From contig CBDCQT010000012.1 in NCBI GenBank assembly GCA_965220745.1, forward strand, positions 1 through 64,000: a stretch of 64,000 nt of DNA, read 5' to 3'. Positions 50,376 to 61,984 of this stretch are shown here, piece by piece (positions within the stretch are counted from its first letter, which is position 1; each line of letters starts with the position of its first letter). Both the position numbers and the translations under genes were made by a program. The notes under the pieces were generated by a model. It made no database searches. It saw only the letters and a list, made by a program, of their open reading frames with translations, and was not told the origin of the DNA. The stretch comes from Alphaproteobacteria bacterium (GTDB lineage: Bacteria; Pseudomonadota; Alphaproteobacteria; UBA828).

Positions 50376-51200
50376 TTATTTTATAACTGACTCAATAGAA
50401 TACAAATTGCATTTATCGATAGTAGATCGCATTATAAAGTAGTGATCGCTTGCCTCCTTGAACTCTCCATTACCTATAGCCATCTGGCGTTCATTTTCTG
50501 TTCGGAAAACAACGAAGTCTTCGATTCCACGAGCTGCGAAATCTCTTTCCACGTAAGCCTTATTTAGGGATTCCCATCTGCCAATCGGGCTATTCTTGTC
50601 TGCCGTATAATATCTATCTTGAAAGAATTCGTCACAATACAGGACAGGCCTAAATGTGTAATACAGTTCCGAAATCAGGGGTCCAACAAGTATAGAGATG
50701 GTTTCTTGATCGCAAACGTATTCACCAGGTTCCTTTTGAGTGCTTCCGGCCTCAAAAACTTCCATGAAATTGCCGCAATCATACATTAGAGCGATTCTCT
50801 GAAGAAGTGCAGTGAGAGACTGTCGTATTTCATCTTGATGGTTGGGTAGCTCCCTGTGGCCAAATACAAGAAGGGCCGCCTCTTCTTTTTCCCAGCTTTT
50901 TTCTTGCCAAATCAAATACTCTATCCTATGACTTAGTACTCTTAGTCGCTTAACTGCATCAGAATTAACAAAGTCTGTATATAGCGCTACAGCGCGGGAG
51001 ACTGCAGCGCGTTGGTTCTCCTGGATAGCGGAAACGGCTGCCCGATCATTCTCTTGCTTTGCTATCTCCCCCTGAATTTGCTGTCCCTGCTCAGCAATAT
51101 TTTGCTGTATGATGATTGCAAATGCCGCAACAATCACGGTTGCGATTACCGTGGGCTCTATCCATTTGCGCACGTAGGATCTAATGTTCAGAAACTGCAT
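50376..51200 (-). CDS. Low-GC hypothetical protein with one N-terminal TM helix
   Basis: 274-aa ORF, RBS GGAGG, TM VIATVIVAAFAIII, AT-rich codons. Confidence 0.8.
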   Translation of the reverse strand: MQFLNIRSYVRKWIEPTVIATVIVAAFAIIIQQNIAEQGQQIQGEIAKQENDRAAVSAIQENQRAAVSRAVALYTDFVNSDAVKRLRVLSHRIEYLIWQEKSWEKEEAALLVFGHRELPNHQDEIRQSLTALLQRIALMYDCGNFMEVFEAGSTQKEPGEYVCDQETISILVGPLISELYYTFRPVLYCDEFFQDRYYTADKNSPIGRWESLNKAYVERDFAARGIEDFVVFRTENERQMAIGNGEFKEASDHYFIMRSTIDKCNLYSIESVIK

Positions 51201-51622
51201 CCAGGTCCTCCAAGAGCTAACTGGCGCAGATGATTCGTCACGTCGTGTGTCTCATGCACATAAACCGTCAGGACAAAAGCTCTCGGCTTTGAAAAATTTG
51301 AGATAGAATCGTGCGATCTATTCGTGGCTCCCCCAAGACTTCTCTCGGTGCAGTGCAGGAGCCGAACACAGTAAGAGAGATGGAGACGTCTGCGGCGCTG
51401 GCGACCGAAGCACTTTTGCCAAGCTAAGCGCATTCGAACGCCCGCAGAGCGACTGGTCTCGACGTATAGCCAATCATGACGATCAAGGTGAGAGTGGGCG
51501 CCGGGCACATGCCCTGAAGGCATCGCCTGGCGCCCCGCACCCGTCGGGAGTGCACGCCGTTCCACGCTTCAACCCGATGTCAGCGCTCGGTCCTACGGAC
51601 GATTCCTATTCGCTCTCATGCG

Positions 51623-51745
51623 CTATCGGCAGACGGCAGGGTTGCGCGCACACGGATTGGCGTCCGCATCTGGAATGGCCGAAAGGGCACCTGCGCCTAG
51701 ACCCAGCACGATCGCCGTCACAAGGGCGAGCATGATCATCTTCAT
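51623..51745 (-). CDS. Small secreted peptide precursor (40 aa)
   Basis: GAGGAG RBS; MKMIMLALVTAIVLGLGAGALSAIPDADA-NPCARNPAVCR*. Confidence 0.65.
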   Translation of the reverse strand: MKMIMLALVTAIVLGLGAGALSAIPDADANPCARNPAVCR

Positions 51746-51827
51746 GGCGTGCTCCTCAAGCATCAGCTAAACCCCATAAAGTATATCTTATTCGATATAG
51801 CACGAAAGCATAATTTGCCGGTAGACG

Positions 51828-51862
51828 GCGGCCCCATGGCCGAGCTCTGGCTGGAGCGCTGA
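51828..51862 (+). repeat. 35-bp direct repeat, right copy
   Basis: GCGGCCCCATGGCCGAGCTCTGGCTGGAGCGCTGA. Confidence 0.9.
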
Positions 51863-51871
51863 AGGCCAGCC

Positions 51872-52216
51872 TCAATCGAACACGCTGAAGTCGAGGGAGA
51901 GCCGCTCGCCCAGCCAGATTGGGTAGTCGCGGTGATCGGCGAGATCGTCGCCGGTGTTGGGATGGACCAGCACCGAATGTCCCCGGCGGTTGAGCATGAG
52001 CCAGGGCACGAACGCGGCGAACAGCGCCGGCTCGAACGCCACCTGGAACATGTGCATCGGGTGCGGCCCCACCAGCTTGTCGCGCCAGCGCCCGAGCCGC
52101 ACGGGGAAGCGCGCGATCAGATCGGTTCTGACCGCCGCCGCGCTCTGCCGCGTCGCAGGCTCGTAGTAGACGTGGGCGTGGTAGCTGGCGATGGCCGCCG
52201 GCGGCAGTGGTGTCAA
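51872..52216 (-). CDS. DOPA 4,5-dioxygenase family protein
   Basis: [28 protein letters not shown]...DH...WLG; TTG start overlapping the grxD stop. Confidence 0.88.
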   Translation of the reverse strand: MTPLPPAAIASYHAHVYYEPATRQSAAAVRTDLIARFPVRLGRWRDKLVGPHPMHMFQVAFEPALFAAFVPWLMLNRRGHSVLVHPNTGDDLADHRDYPIWLGERLSLDFSVFD

Positions 52217-52566
52217 ACGCGGGGCTCGACGCTGACGCCCCTGGTGCTCAGCAACTCCGAAAGCTCGCCGGTCTCGTACATCTCGCGCACGATATCGCAG
52301 CCGCCCACGAACTCGCCCTTGACGTAGAGCTGCGGGATCGTCGGCCAGTCGCTGAAGCTCTTGATGCCCTGGCGGACCTCCGGGTCTTCGAGCACGTCGA
52401 AGCCCTTGAAGCGCACACCGAGCAGCGAGAGCATCTGCACCACCGTGGCGGAGAACCCGCACTGCGGAAACACGGGCGTCCCCTTCATGAACAGGACGAC
52501 ATCGTGCTCGTCGATGAGGCCCCGGATTCGGTTCTCGACCGGCGCACTGGTCGTGGCCTCGATCAT
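52213..52566 (-). CDS. grxD: Monothiol glutaredoxin Grx4
   Basis: [21 protein letters not shown]. Confidence 0.96.
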   Translation of the reverse strand: MIEATTSAPVENRIRGLIDEHDVVLFMKGTPVFPQCGFSATVVQMLSLLGVRFKGFDVLEDPEVRQGIKSFSDWPTIPQLYVKGEFVGGCDIVREMYETGELSELLSTRGVSVEPRV

Positions 52567-52593
52567 GCGAAATCCCCTTTCATTCTCAGATAG

Positions 52594-52833
52594 TTACGCG
52601 TCCGTCGGGACGCTGGTCTGGAGCGCGAGCGCGTGCAGCTGATCGCCCATCCGCCCGCGCAGCGCGCGATAGACCATCTGATGCTGCTCCACCCGCGACT
52701 TGCCGGCGAACGAGGCCGAAACCACGCGCGCCGCGTAGTGATCGCCGTCGCCGCGCAGGTCGTCGATATGGATCTGGGCGTCCGGGAGCGCCTCTCGAAT
52801 GAGCTGCTCGATCTCCTGAACGTCCATGGGCAT
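52594..52833 (-). CDS. BolA family protein
   Basis: GDGDHY, F.GKSRVEQHQMVY, LHALALQT. Confidence 0.94.
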   Translation of the reverse strand: MPMDVQEIEQLIREALPDAQIHIDDLRGDGDHYAARVVSASFAGKSRVEQHQMVYRALRGRMGDQLHALALQTSVPTDA

Positions 52834-52870
52834 CGGCGGTTCTCTCAGGCGGTGCGGTCTGCGGGTGCGC

Positions 52871-55128
<2,258 letters not shown>

Positions 55129-55132
<4 letters not shown>

Positions 55133-55818
55133 GAGAGCGACTCCACCAGGTGATCGAACATGGCGCGCCCGTCGGCGCCACCCAGCGCAGGCTCCGCAGC
55201 GCGCTCCGGATGCGGCATCAAGCCCAGCACCGTCCGCGCCGGATTGAGGATGCCTGCGATGTCGGCGGCGGAGCCGTTGGGGTTGGCCTCGTTATCGGCC
55301 CTGTCGTCGTCCCCCACGTAGCGGAACGCCACCAGCCCGTCGCCTTCCAGCCGGGCCAGGGTCTCGGCATCGGCGCAGTAGTTGCCCTCGTGATGGGCGA
55401 CCGGCATCCGCACCACCTGCCCGGCCTCGTAGCCGGCGGTGAACGGGCTCGCGGCTTCCTCCACGCGCAGGCTCACCCAGCGGCAGACGAAGCGGAGGCC
55501 TGCGTTGCGCATCAGCGCGCCCGGCAGCAGCCCGGCCTCGGTCGCCACTTGGAAGCCGTTGCAAATCGCCAGCACGAGCACGCCCGCCTTGGCCCGCTTC
55601 ACCACGTCCGCCATCACCGGCGAGCGCGCCGCCATGGCGCCCGCGCGCAGGTAATCGCCGTGGGCAAAGCCGCCGGGCAGCACGATCAGGTCGCAGGCGG
55701 GCAGCGCGGTCTCGTCGTGCCAGACCACCGCGGGCGCCCGGCCTGTACTGGCCTCCAGCGCCACCATGACGTCGCGGTCGCAGTTGGAGCCGGGAAAGAC
55801 GACGACCGCGGCCCTCAT
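55129..55818 (-). CDS. purQ: FGAM synthase glutaminase subunit PurQ
   Basis: FPGSNCD, PGGF.HGDYLR, ICNGFQ, MPHPER. Confidence 0.97.
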
Positions 55819-56147
55819 CCCGCTCCCATCGCCGGGCATGGCACGTCCTTGCTGCCGCTCAGGAAAGAGAGACGTGGGACGCGGAACTTTAATTTCATCC
55901 GGGCTATGCCGGGATTAAGCGGGATGGCTGAGATTGCGGGGGACATGCGACCGCCGCCCGTGACCGTGGCCGCGGCGCTAGCGCGGTCTGCGGTCATCAA
56001 CGTATTCCGCGCCCCGCGCTCACTCACCCCGCCTCGGACTGACGTGGCGTGATCTCCCCCGCGCAACATGATGCCTTCATCGCGCGGGCGCCGCGCCGCG
56101 TGCACCGGAACAAGGTCCGGGGAGTCTGACGCAGCGCGCCGGCTCAT
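55815..56147 (-). CDS. Possible orphan ORF (110 aa) filling the purS-purQ gap
   Basis: ATGA overlaps with both the purS stop and the purQ start; no recognisable motif. Confidence 0.3.
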   Translation of the reverse strand: MSRRAASDSPDLVPVHAARRPRDEGIMLRGGDHATSVRGGVSERGARNTLMTADRASAAATVTGGGRMSPAISAIPLNPGIARMKLKFRVPRLSFLSGSKDVPCPAMGAG

Positions 56148-56386
56148 TCGGCGAGGTCGATGGTGTAGTCCTCGATCACGGTGTTCGCCAGCAGGCGCGC
56201 ACACATGGCGTCGAGCTGCTCCCTGGCGGCCTGCGGGTCGGTCTCGGCCAGGTCGAGCTCCAGGTACTTGCCCTGGCGCACGTCCTCCACGCCGGCGAAT
56301 CCCATGCGGGCGAGCGTGCTCGCGATCGCCTTGCCTTGGGGGTCGAGAACGCCGGGCTTGAGGGTGATGTGGACTCGGGCTCGCAC
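56144..56386 (-). CDS. purS: FGAM synthase subunit PurS
   Basis: LKPGVLDPQG, VRQGK, LLANTVIEDY. Confidence 0.96.
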   Translation of the reverse strand: MRARVHITLKPGVLDPQGKAIASTLARMGFAGVEDVRQGKYLELDLAETDPQAAREQLDAMCARLLANTVIEDYTIDLAE

Positions 56387-56392
56387 GCGGTC

Positions 56393-57166
56393 TCACGCGC
56401 GCTCGTCGTCGTTGCCGGCGCCGTTCACTGCCTGCACCACCGTCTCCGGCATCAGGCCGAGCCGCCGGGCGACCTCCTGATAGGCTTCGGAGACCCGGCC
56501 GAGATCGCGGCGGAAGCGGTCCTTGTCCAGCTTCTCGTTGGTCTCGATATCCCAGAGCCGGCAGCTGTCGGGCGTGATCTCGTCGGCGAGCACGATGCGC
56601 ATGTCCTCGCCGTGCCAGAGGCGGCCGAACTCCAGCTTGAAGTCCACCAGCCTGATGCCGATGCCGTGGAACAGCCCGCTGAGGAAGTCGTTGATGCGGA
56701 GCGACATGGAGAGGATGTCGTCGAGCTCCTGCGGCGTGGCCCAGCCGAAGGCGGTGATGTGCTCCTCCGAGACCAGCGGGTCGTCGAGCTCGTCGTTCTT
56801 GTAGCAGTACTCGACGATGGAGCGCGGCAGCTGGACGCCCTCCTTGAGGCCGAGCCGCTTGACCAGCGTGCCGGCGGCGTAGTTGCGGATGATCACCTCG
56901 ACCGGGATGATCTCCACCTCGCGAATCAGTTGCTCGCGCATGTTGAGCCGGCGCATGAAATGGGTGGGCACGCCGATCTCGTTGAGGCGCGCCATCAGGT
57001 GCTCGGAGATGCGGTTGTTGAGCACCCCCTTGCCGGTTATCACGCCCTGCTTCTTGTTGTTGAAGGCCGTGGCGTCGTCCTTGAAGTACTGCACCAGGGT
57101 GCCGGGCTCAGGCCCTTCGTAAAGGACCTTCGCCTTTCCTTCGTAGATCCGCCTGCGACGGGACAT
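56393..57166 (-). CDS. purC: SAICAR synthetase
   Basis: [40 protein letters not shown]. Confidence 0.97.
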   Translation of the reverse strand: MSRRRRIYEGKAKVLYEGPEPGTLVQYFKDDATAFNNKKQGVITGKGVLNNRISEHLMARLNEIGVPTHFMRRLNMREQLIREVEIIPVEVIIRNYAAGTLVKRLGLKEGVQLPRSIVEYCYKNDELDDPLVSEEHITAFGWATPQELDDILSMSLRINDFLSGLFHGIGIRLVDFKLEFGRLWHGEDMRIVLADEITPDSCRLWDIETNEKLDKDRFRRDLGRVSEAYQEVARRLGLMPETVVQAVNGAGNDDERA

Positions 57167-57317
57167 GATGGGGATCCTCGATGTGGGGGGCGTCGCGCCG
57201 GGTCGGCGCTGCGCGCGCCCGTTACCTCGCCAACATAGTCGTTACACGGGGTCAGTACAATTGCCTGTCGCCAGTCGTTCCGGGCGGGCCGCGCGGGTCG
57301 GCCGCCGCGATGGCGCT

Positions 57318-58067
57318 CTAAATCTCAATGCTTTCAAATAGATGACGATTCGGTGGCCCCGCCGCGAAAAGCCACACAGGGGCGGTGTCGGGCCGTCCGG
57401 GCGGCGGCAACGCAATCAACGACGCGTTAACCGTCCCGAATCCGCCGACGGGCTCGATGCACATGGCGGCCTCCGGGTCGCCGCCCGAGTCGCGCGCCCC
57501 CCGCGCGAGCAGCGCAGCCCAGCCGTCCCAGGCGCCGCGTTCGGGGTCGGGCGGTGCCGCCGCCTCGAAGGCCGCGAGATGGGTGCGAATTCGTGCCGAT
57601 TTCGCGTCGTTGCGCTCGCGCGCGGTGAACATGGAAAGCCCCTCCGGCAGCGCATGAAACACAGGGGCCTTGCCGCCGTCATGGCGCAGCCAGAACGCCT
57701 CATCGGAATCGGCCACCACGAGGTTGAAAGGGCGATAGGCCGCGCCGTCGATATCGGCGAGCGCCATGGCCGCCGCCGCGGCATCGGCATGATCCAGCGC
57801 ATCCAGCACCAGCTCGCCCCGCGAGCGCTTGCCCGCTGCGGGCCCGAGCGCGCCGGTGCGGTTCAGGATGCCAGCGCAGAGGCCGTCGTCGTTGACGCCG
57901 AGCCAGCTTCCGCCCGCGAGCTCGTCCTGGCCAGCGGTCACCTCTGCCCGGTCGGGCCAGTGCCGGCCCGGCCCGCGCCAGGGGCGGTCGATCATCTCGT
58001 CGCGGTTGGCGGCGATCACGACCGGCCAGTCGTGGCCGGGGCGCCGCAGGATCACGAGTGTGCACAT
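57318..58067 (-). CDS. NRDE/TANGO2 family protein
   Basis: N-terminal MC, AANRDE, GGSWLG, SRGEL, PFNL. Confidence 0.9.
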   Translation of the reverse strand: MCTLVILRRPGHDWPVVIAANRDEMIDRPWRGPGRHWPDRAEVTAGQDELAGGSWLGVNDDGLCAGILNRTGALGPAAGKRSRGELVLDALDHADAAAAAMALADIDGAAYRPFNLVVADSDEAFWLRHDGGKAPVFHALPEGLSMFTARERNDAKSARIRTHLAAFEAAAPPDPERGAWDGWAALLARGARDSGGDPEAAMCIEPVGGFGTVNASLIALPPPGRPDTAPVWLFAAGPPNRHLFESIEI

Positions 58068-58166
58068 GCCGCCTTACCCGCCGAAGGGACCGCGCCCGCC
58101 GTGGACCGGCGCGGGCCGCTCTGGCACAATGCGCGCGCGTCCAATCATCGGCTGGGAGCCTGGGGT

Positions 58167-58487
58167 ATGAACACGTTCGATGACCGCAAGAAAGCCGCCG
58201 AGGCGAAGTTCAAGCACGATCAGGAGTTTCAGTTCAAGGTCATCGCCCGGCGCAACAAGCTTCTCGGCCTGTGGGCGGCGGAGAAGATGGGCATCGCGGG
58301 CGACGATGCCGAGGCCTACGCCAAGCAGGTGGTCATGGCCGATTTCGAGGAGCCGGGCGACGACGACGTGGTCCGCAAGGTGGTCGGCGACTTGACGCAG
58401 AAGGGCATCGAGGCCGACGATCACCTGATCCGCACGCAGATGGAGCGCCTGTTGGACGAGGCCAAGGGCCAGGTCAGCACCGAATAG
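58167..58487 (+). CDS. DUF1476 protein (alphaproteobacterial F1Fo ATPase zeta inhibitor)
   Basis: TFDDR...EAKFKHDQE.QFK..ARRNKLLGLWAA, DFEEPGD.DV. Confidence 0.9.
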   Translation: MNTFDDRKKAAEAKFKHDQEFQFKVIARRNKLLGLWAAEKMGIAGDDAEAYAKQVVMADFEEPGDDDVVRKVVGDLTQKGIEADDHLIRTQMERLLDEAKGQVSTE

Positions 58488-58530
58488 CCCGCGCGCGTAC
58501 CTCCTCCATCCTCGACGTTCGGAACCGCCG

Positions 58531-59055
58531 GTGAGCGGAACTGCCTCCGGCTGGGGCGCCCACGCCCACCGGGCGCTGCATGCGGCCGGCGTGCGCCAGG
58601 TCGCCTACGTGCCGGATGGCGGCCTGTCGGCGCTACTCGGCCTGTGCGAGGCCGACGAGACCATGCGCATGGTGCTTCTGGCCCACGAGCAGGAAGGCCC
58701 GGCGCTGATCGCCGGCGCCTGGCTCGGCGGCGAGCGCGCGGCGCTGCTGATGCAGTCGAGCGGGGCCGGCAACTGCGTCGCCGCGCTCTCGCTGATCCGC
58801 ACCTGCCGCTTCCCCTTCCTCAGCATCGTCACCATGCGGGGCGAGTGGGGCGAGACCAACCCTTGGCAGCTCCCCATGGGCCAGGGGACCGCAGCCCATC
58901 TCGAGCAGTGCGGCGTGATCGTCTCGCGCGTCGACGACCCAGACGACGCGTTCGAAACCATCGAGGCGGCCGCCGCCATCGTCTTTGAAAGCCAAGCGGC
59001 GGCCGCGGTCCTCATCGGTCAGCGCGTGATCGGCGCCAAGAGCTTCGACGGATGA
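58531..59055 (+). CDS. Sulfopyruvate/phosphonopyruvate decarboxylase alpha subunit-like (TPP N-domain)
   Basis: YVPD, HEQEG, LMQSSG.GN, MRGEWGE.NPWQ.PMG. Confidence 0.82.
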   Translation: MSGTASGWGAHAHRALHAAGVRQVAYVPDGGLSALLGLCEADETMRMVLLAHEQEGPALIAGAWLGGERAALLMQSSGAGNCVAALSLIRTCRFPFLSIVTMRGEWGETNPWQLPMGQGTAAHLEQCGVIVSRVDDPDDAFETIEAAAAIVFESQAAAAVLIGQRVIGAKSFDG

Positions 59056-59657
59056 CGCACCGCGCGCAGCCGGATACGACCCTGGACCGGCGCACGGCGA
59101 CGGCAGTTCTGCTCGAAGGCCGCGACGACGTGCTCGTGGTTCCCGGCCTGGGCTCTGCCACCTGGGACTGTGCCGCGCTCGGCGACAACCCGCTGCACTT
59201 CTCGCTCTGGGGCGCCATGGGCAACGCGTCGATGATCGGGCTCGGTCTCGCGCTAGCGCAGCCTGCGCGCCGCGTGCTGGTGTTGACAGGCGACGGCGAC
59301 ATGCTGATGGGGCTCGCGAGCCTCGCCACCATCGCGACCCAGGCGCCGCCCAATCTCGCCATCGTCGTGCTCGACAACGAGCGTCACGGTGAGACCGGAA
59401 TGCAGCCCACGCATACCGCGCACCGCACCGATCTCGCAGCCACAGCAGCCGCCTGCGGCTTTGCCGAGGCCCGGCAGGTCGCGGACGAAGCCGGCCTCCG
59501 CGCCGCGCTCCCGCTGGTGCACGAGACGCCGGGGCCGACCTTCCTCACGGTGAAGGTGCACGCGAAGCCCCTGCCCCGAGTCCTCCCACCCCGCGACGGC
59601 GCCTACCTCAAGGACCGCTTCCGCGCGGCGTTATTGGGCAAGGACGCCGTCCTTTAG
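59052..59657 (+). CDS. Sulfopyruvate/phosphonopyruvate decarboxylase beta subunit-like (TPP-binding)
   Basis: WGAMG, GDGD...DN TPP motif, ETGMQ. Confidence 0.82.
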   Translation: MTHRAQPDTTLDRRTATAVLLEGRDDVLVVPGLGSATWDCAALGDNPLHFSLWGAMGNASMIGLGLALAQPARRVLVLTGDGDMLMGLASLATIATQAPPNLAIVVLDNERHGETGMQPTHTAHRTDLAATAAACGFAEARQVADEAGLRAALPLVHETPGPTFLTVKVHAKPLPRVLPPRDGAYLKDRFRAALLGKDAVL

Positions 59658-59913
59658 TCCCGGCAGCGCATCGTCGTCCCGGCGCAAGGCCGGCGTACGG
59701 AACCTCCCTCCCTGCGCCGTGTTGACTTGCCGTTCCGAGCGCCCCACCGTTTTCGGCATGCTTCTCTCGAGTCGCGACGCCGCCGGGATGCTTCGAGAGG
59801 TCGCTCCCTGAACGGCGCGCGTTTGCAAGGCTCGCTTGGAGTTGGCAGAGCGCCGCACTCCCCCATTGGGCCGCTGCCGCCGACCCACCCACGCTGCCGA
59901 GGAACCTGATGCC

Positions 59914-61191
59914 ATGAGACGCCAGACCCGATCCCTTCGCCCGGTAACGGCACTTCTGATGGTTGGAAGCCTGGCCGGTGGCCTGTCCGCCTGCGGTGGC
60001 GGAGGTGGTGACGGGTCGTCCCCTCCGCCGATGCCCACAGCCAGCGGTGAGGCGCTCGACGTAGCGATCACCGCGGATCCCCCGTCAACGGCACCGGACC
60101 TGCTGAGCGCGGACGGCTCGGGGACGCCCGCGGACGGCACGATGCTCGAGGAGGCAGCCGACGCGGCCAGAGCCACAATCGACGGCTGGGACGGCAGCGT
60201 GTACGAGCGAATGAACGAGGCGAATGGTACGCCGGCTTCGACAGAAACATTCGTGATCTATAGCAACAAAGACGCGCCGGAGGACACGCCGTTCAGCGAT
60301 GTTTATCCGTTCGATTATGACGCGGACAACGACGCAGCGAATGACTCTTTGATCGTCGACGACTCAAACGTGGGGTTAGTCAGTGGCGTGGCTGAGTTCC
60401 CTTCGGCAGTCAATCAAGTGGACGTGCCGTTCACGGACGACGATACGTTCATGGGCATGTTCGCCGGCGCGCCGGGCAGCTACACCTGCGTCTCGATGTG
60501 CACACTCTCAACCAATATGGATGCAGAATTGAGCGCCGTCGGCGGCGACTGGATCTTCGCACCCAACGACGATGAGTTCCCGGTGCCGGTTGACGACAGC
60601 GACTACATCCATTTCGGCTACTGGATGAATGAGTCGGAAGAGAACGACCAGCCCGTCATGATGGCAGCCGCCATCGCCGGCGGAACCGACCCGTCCCCCA
60701 TCGGCACCGTTCAAAGCCTCGAGGGTCAGGCCAGCTACAGTGGCGCGGCGACGGGCCTCTACGTGATCAGAACTTTTACGTTGGACGGTGAAGTCCAGAG
60801 CCGGACGGGCGGACAGTTCACCGCCGATGCGACGCTGACGGCCTACTTTGGCGGCGACGACGTAGCCGTCAACAAGCACTGCTCGATCGTCGGCACGATC
60901 GAGAATTTCGGGGACCAACGCGGCAGCCCCATCGACTCAAGCTGGAGCGTCGAGCTGGAGGCAGCGCGGTTCGGCAGTCAACAAGGCGGCACGTTCCGTG
61001 GCGCGACCGAGGGCGACCAAGGCCTGATGGGCTCCTGGGACGGCCGGTTCTTCGGACCTGTGGCCGTCGACGGCGACGATACGATGCCGGGGAACCAGTC
61101 TACGTTCCCGAGCGCCGTGGCCGGAACCTTCGACGCCGCGTTTACGAACGGCGCCGTCATCGGCTCCTTCGGCACAGAGAGAGACGACTGA
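59914..61191 (+). CDS. Acidic surface lipoprotein with TbpB-like C-terminal beta-barrel
   Basis: Lipobox LSAC plus poly-Gly; FGYW, A.YSGAATG.Y, G.FTADATLTA.F, W.GRFFG, GTFDA...GSFG. Confidence 0.7.
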   Translation: MRRQTRSLRPVTALLMVGSLAGGLSACGGGGGDGSSPPPMPTASGEALDVAITADPPSTAPDLLSADGSGTPADGTMLEEAADAARATIDGWDGSVYERMNEANGTPASTETFVIYSNKDAPEDTPFSDVYPFDYDADNDAANDSLIVDDSNVGLVSGVAEFPSAVNQVDVPFTDDDTFMGMFAGAPGSYTCVSMCTLSTNMDAELSAVGGDWIFAPNDDEFPVPVDDSDYIHFGYWMNESEENDQPVMMAAAIAGGTDPSPIGTVQSLEGQASYSGAATGLYVIRTFTLDGEVQSRTGGQFTADATLTAYFGGDDVAVNKHCSIVGTIENFGDQRGSPIDSSWSVELEAARFGSQQGGTFRGATEGDQGLMGSWDGRFFGPVAVDGDDTMPGNQSTFPSAVAGTFDAAFTNGAVIGSFGTERDD

Positions 61192-61367
61192 CGCAGACGC
61201 TGTGGGCGCGCGCCGGCGCCTATCTAGAGGACCGAAATCGGGCAGCGCTATTGGATGGAGACGCGGCCGTCTGAATCCTGCCGCCCCTTCCCCTCTGTCG
61301 CTAGCACAGAACTTGACAAATCATGATATGAGAAGATAGGTCTGCGAGAAGCAATCGGGACCTTGCC

Positions 61368-61595
61368 ATGCCGCAGACGCGCGAAAAATTTGCCACCCAG
61401 GTTGACGGTGCGCTGCTGTCCGACCTGCGAGGGTTGGCGAAACAGGAAGGGCGTCAAATTCAGGCGCTCGTCGAAGAGGCGATCGCAGCGCTGATTGAGC
61501 AGCGGCGACACGGCACCGCCCGCCCACACGTGATGAGCGCCTATCTAAAGAGCCACGCCCGCTACGCACCGCTCTACAAGAAACTCGCGAAGTGA
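61368..61595 (+). CDS. Putative antitoxin (ribbon-helix-helix-like)
   Basis: KFATQVD...EGRQIQALVEEA...LYKKLAK; GTGA overlap with toxin; TTGACA at 61313. Confidence 0.75.
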   Translation: MPQTREKFATQVDGALLSDLRGLAKQEGRQIQALVEEAIAALIEQRRHGTARPHVMSAYLKSHARYAPLYKKLAK

Positions 61596-61972
61596 CGCGG
61601 GATTATTTGACCCTTGCCGACGTTCTCGCCATCCATGACGACCAGATCGCGACCTATGGCGGCGCGGAGGGTGTGCGGGATCCGGGCCAGTTGGAAGCCG
61701 CACTGTTCCGACCGCAGAGCGGCTATTACGCCGATGTGATCGCGGAAGCGGCGGCCCTTTGGGAGAGCCTCTCGCAGAATCATCCTTTCATCGACGGCAA
61801 CAAACGCACCGCTTTCGCCGCGACGTTCACGTTTCTCGCCATCAACGGTGTGGAGCTTACAGCCAGCGCTGACGAGGCGTGGACATTTCTGTCCCGCCTC
61901 TACGACCGCAGCGAACTCACGTTCGACGCGCTCGATGCATGGCTCCGCGACAACACGAAGCCTGTGAGTTAG
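61592..61972 (+). CDS. Doc (death-on-curing) Fic-family toxin
   Basis: GVRDPGQLEAAL.RP; HPFIDGNKRTA Doc motif. Confidence 0.92.
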   Translation: MTRDYLTLADVLAIHDDQIATYGGAEGVRDPGQLEAALFRPQSGYYADVIAEAAALWESLSQNHPFIDGNKRTAFAATFTFLAINGVELTASADEAWTFLSRLYDRSELTFDALDAWLRDNTKPVS

Positions 61973-61984
61973 CGCCAGGCAGCG

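Noticed and set aside
51188-51565. 125-aa ORF in the low-GC insert (and 50125-50361)
   Set aside because: No RBS or motif and composition is not protein-like; cannot be supported.
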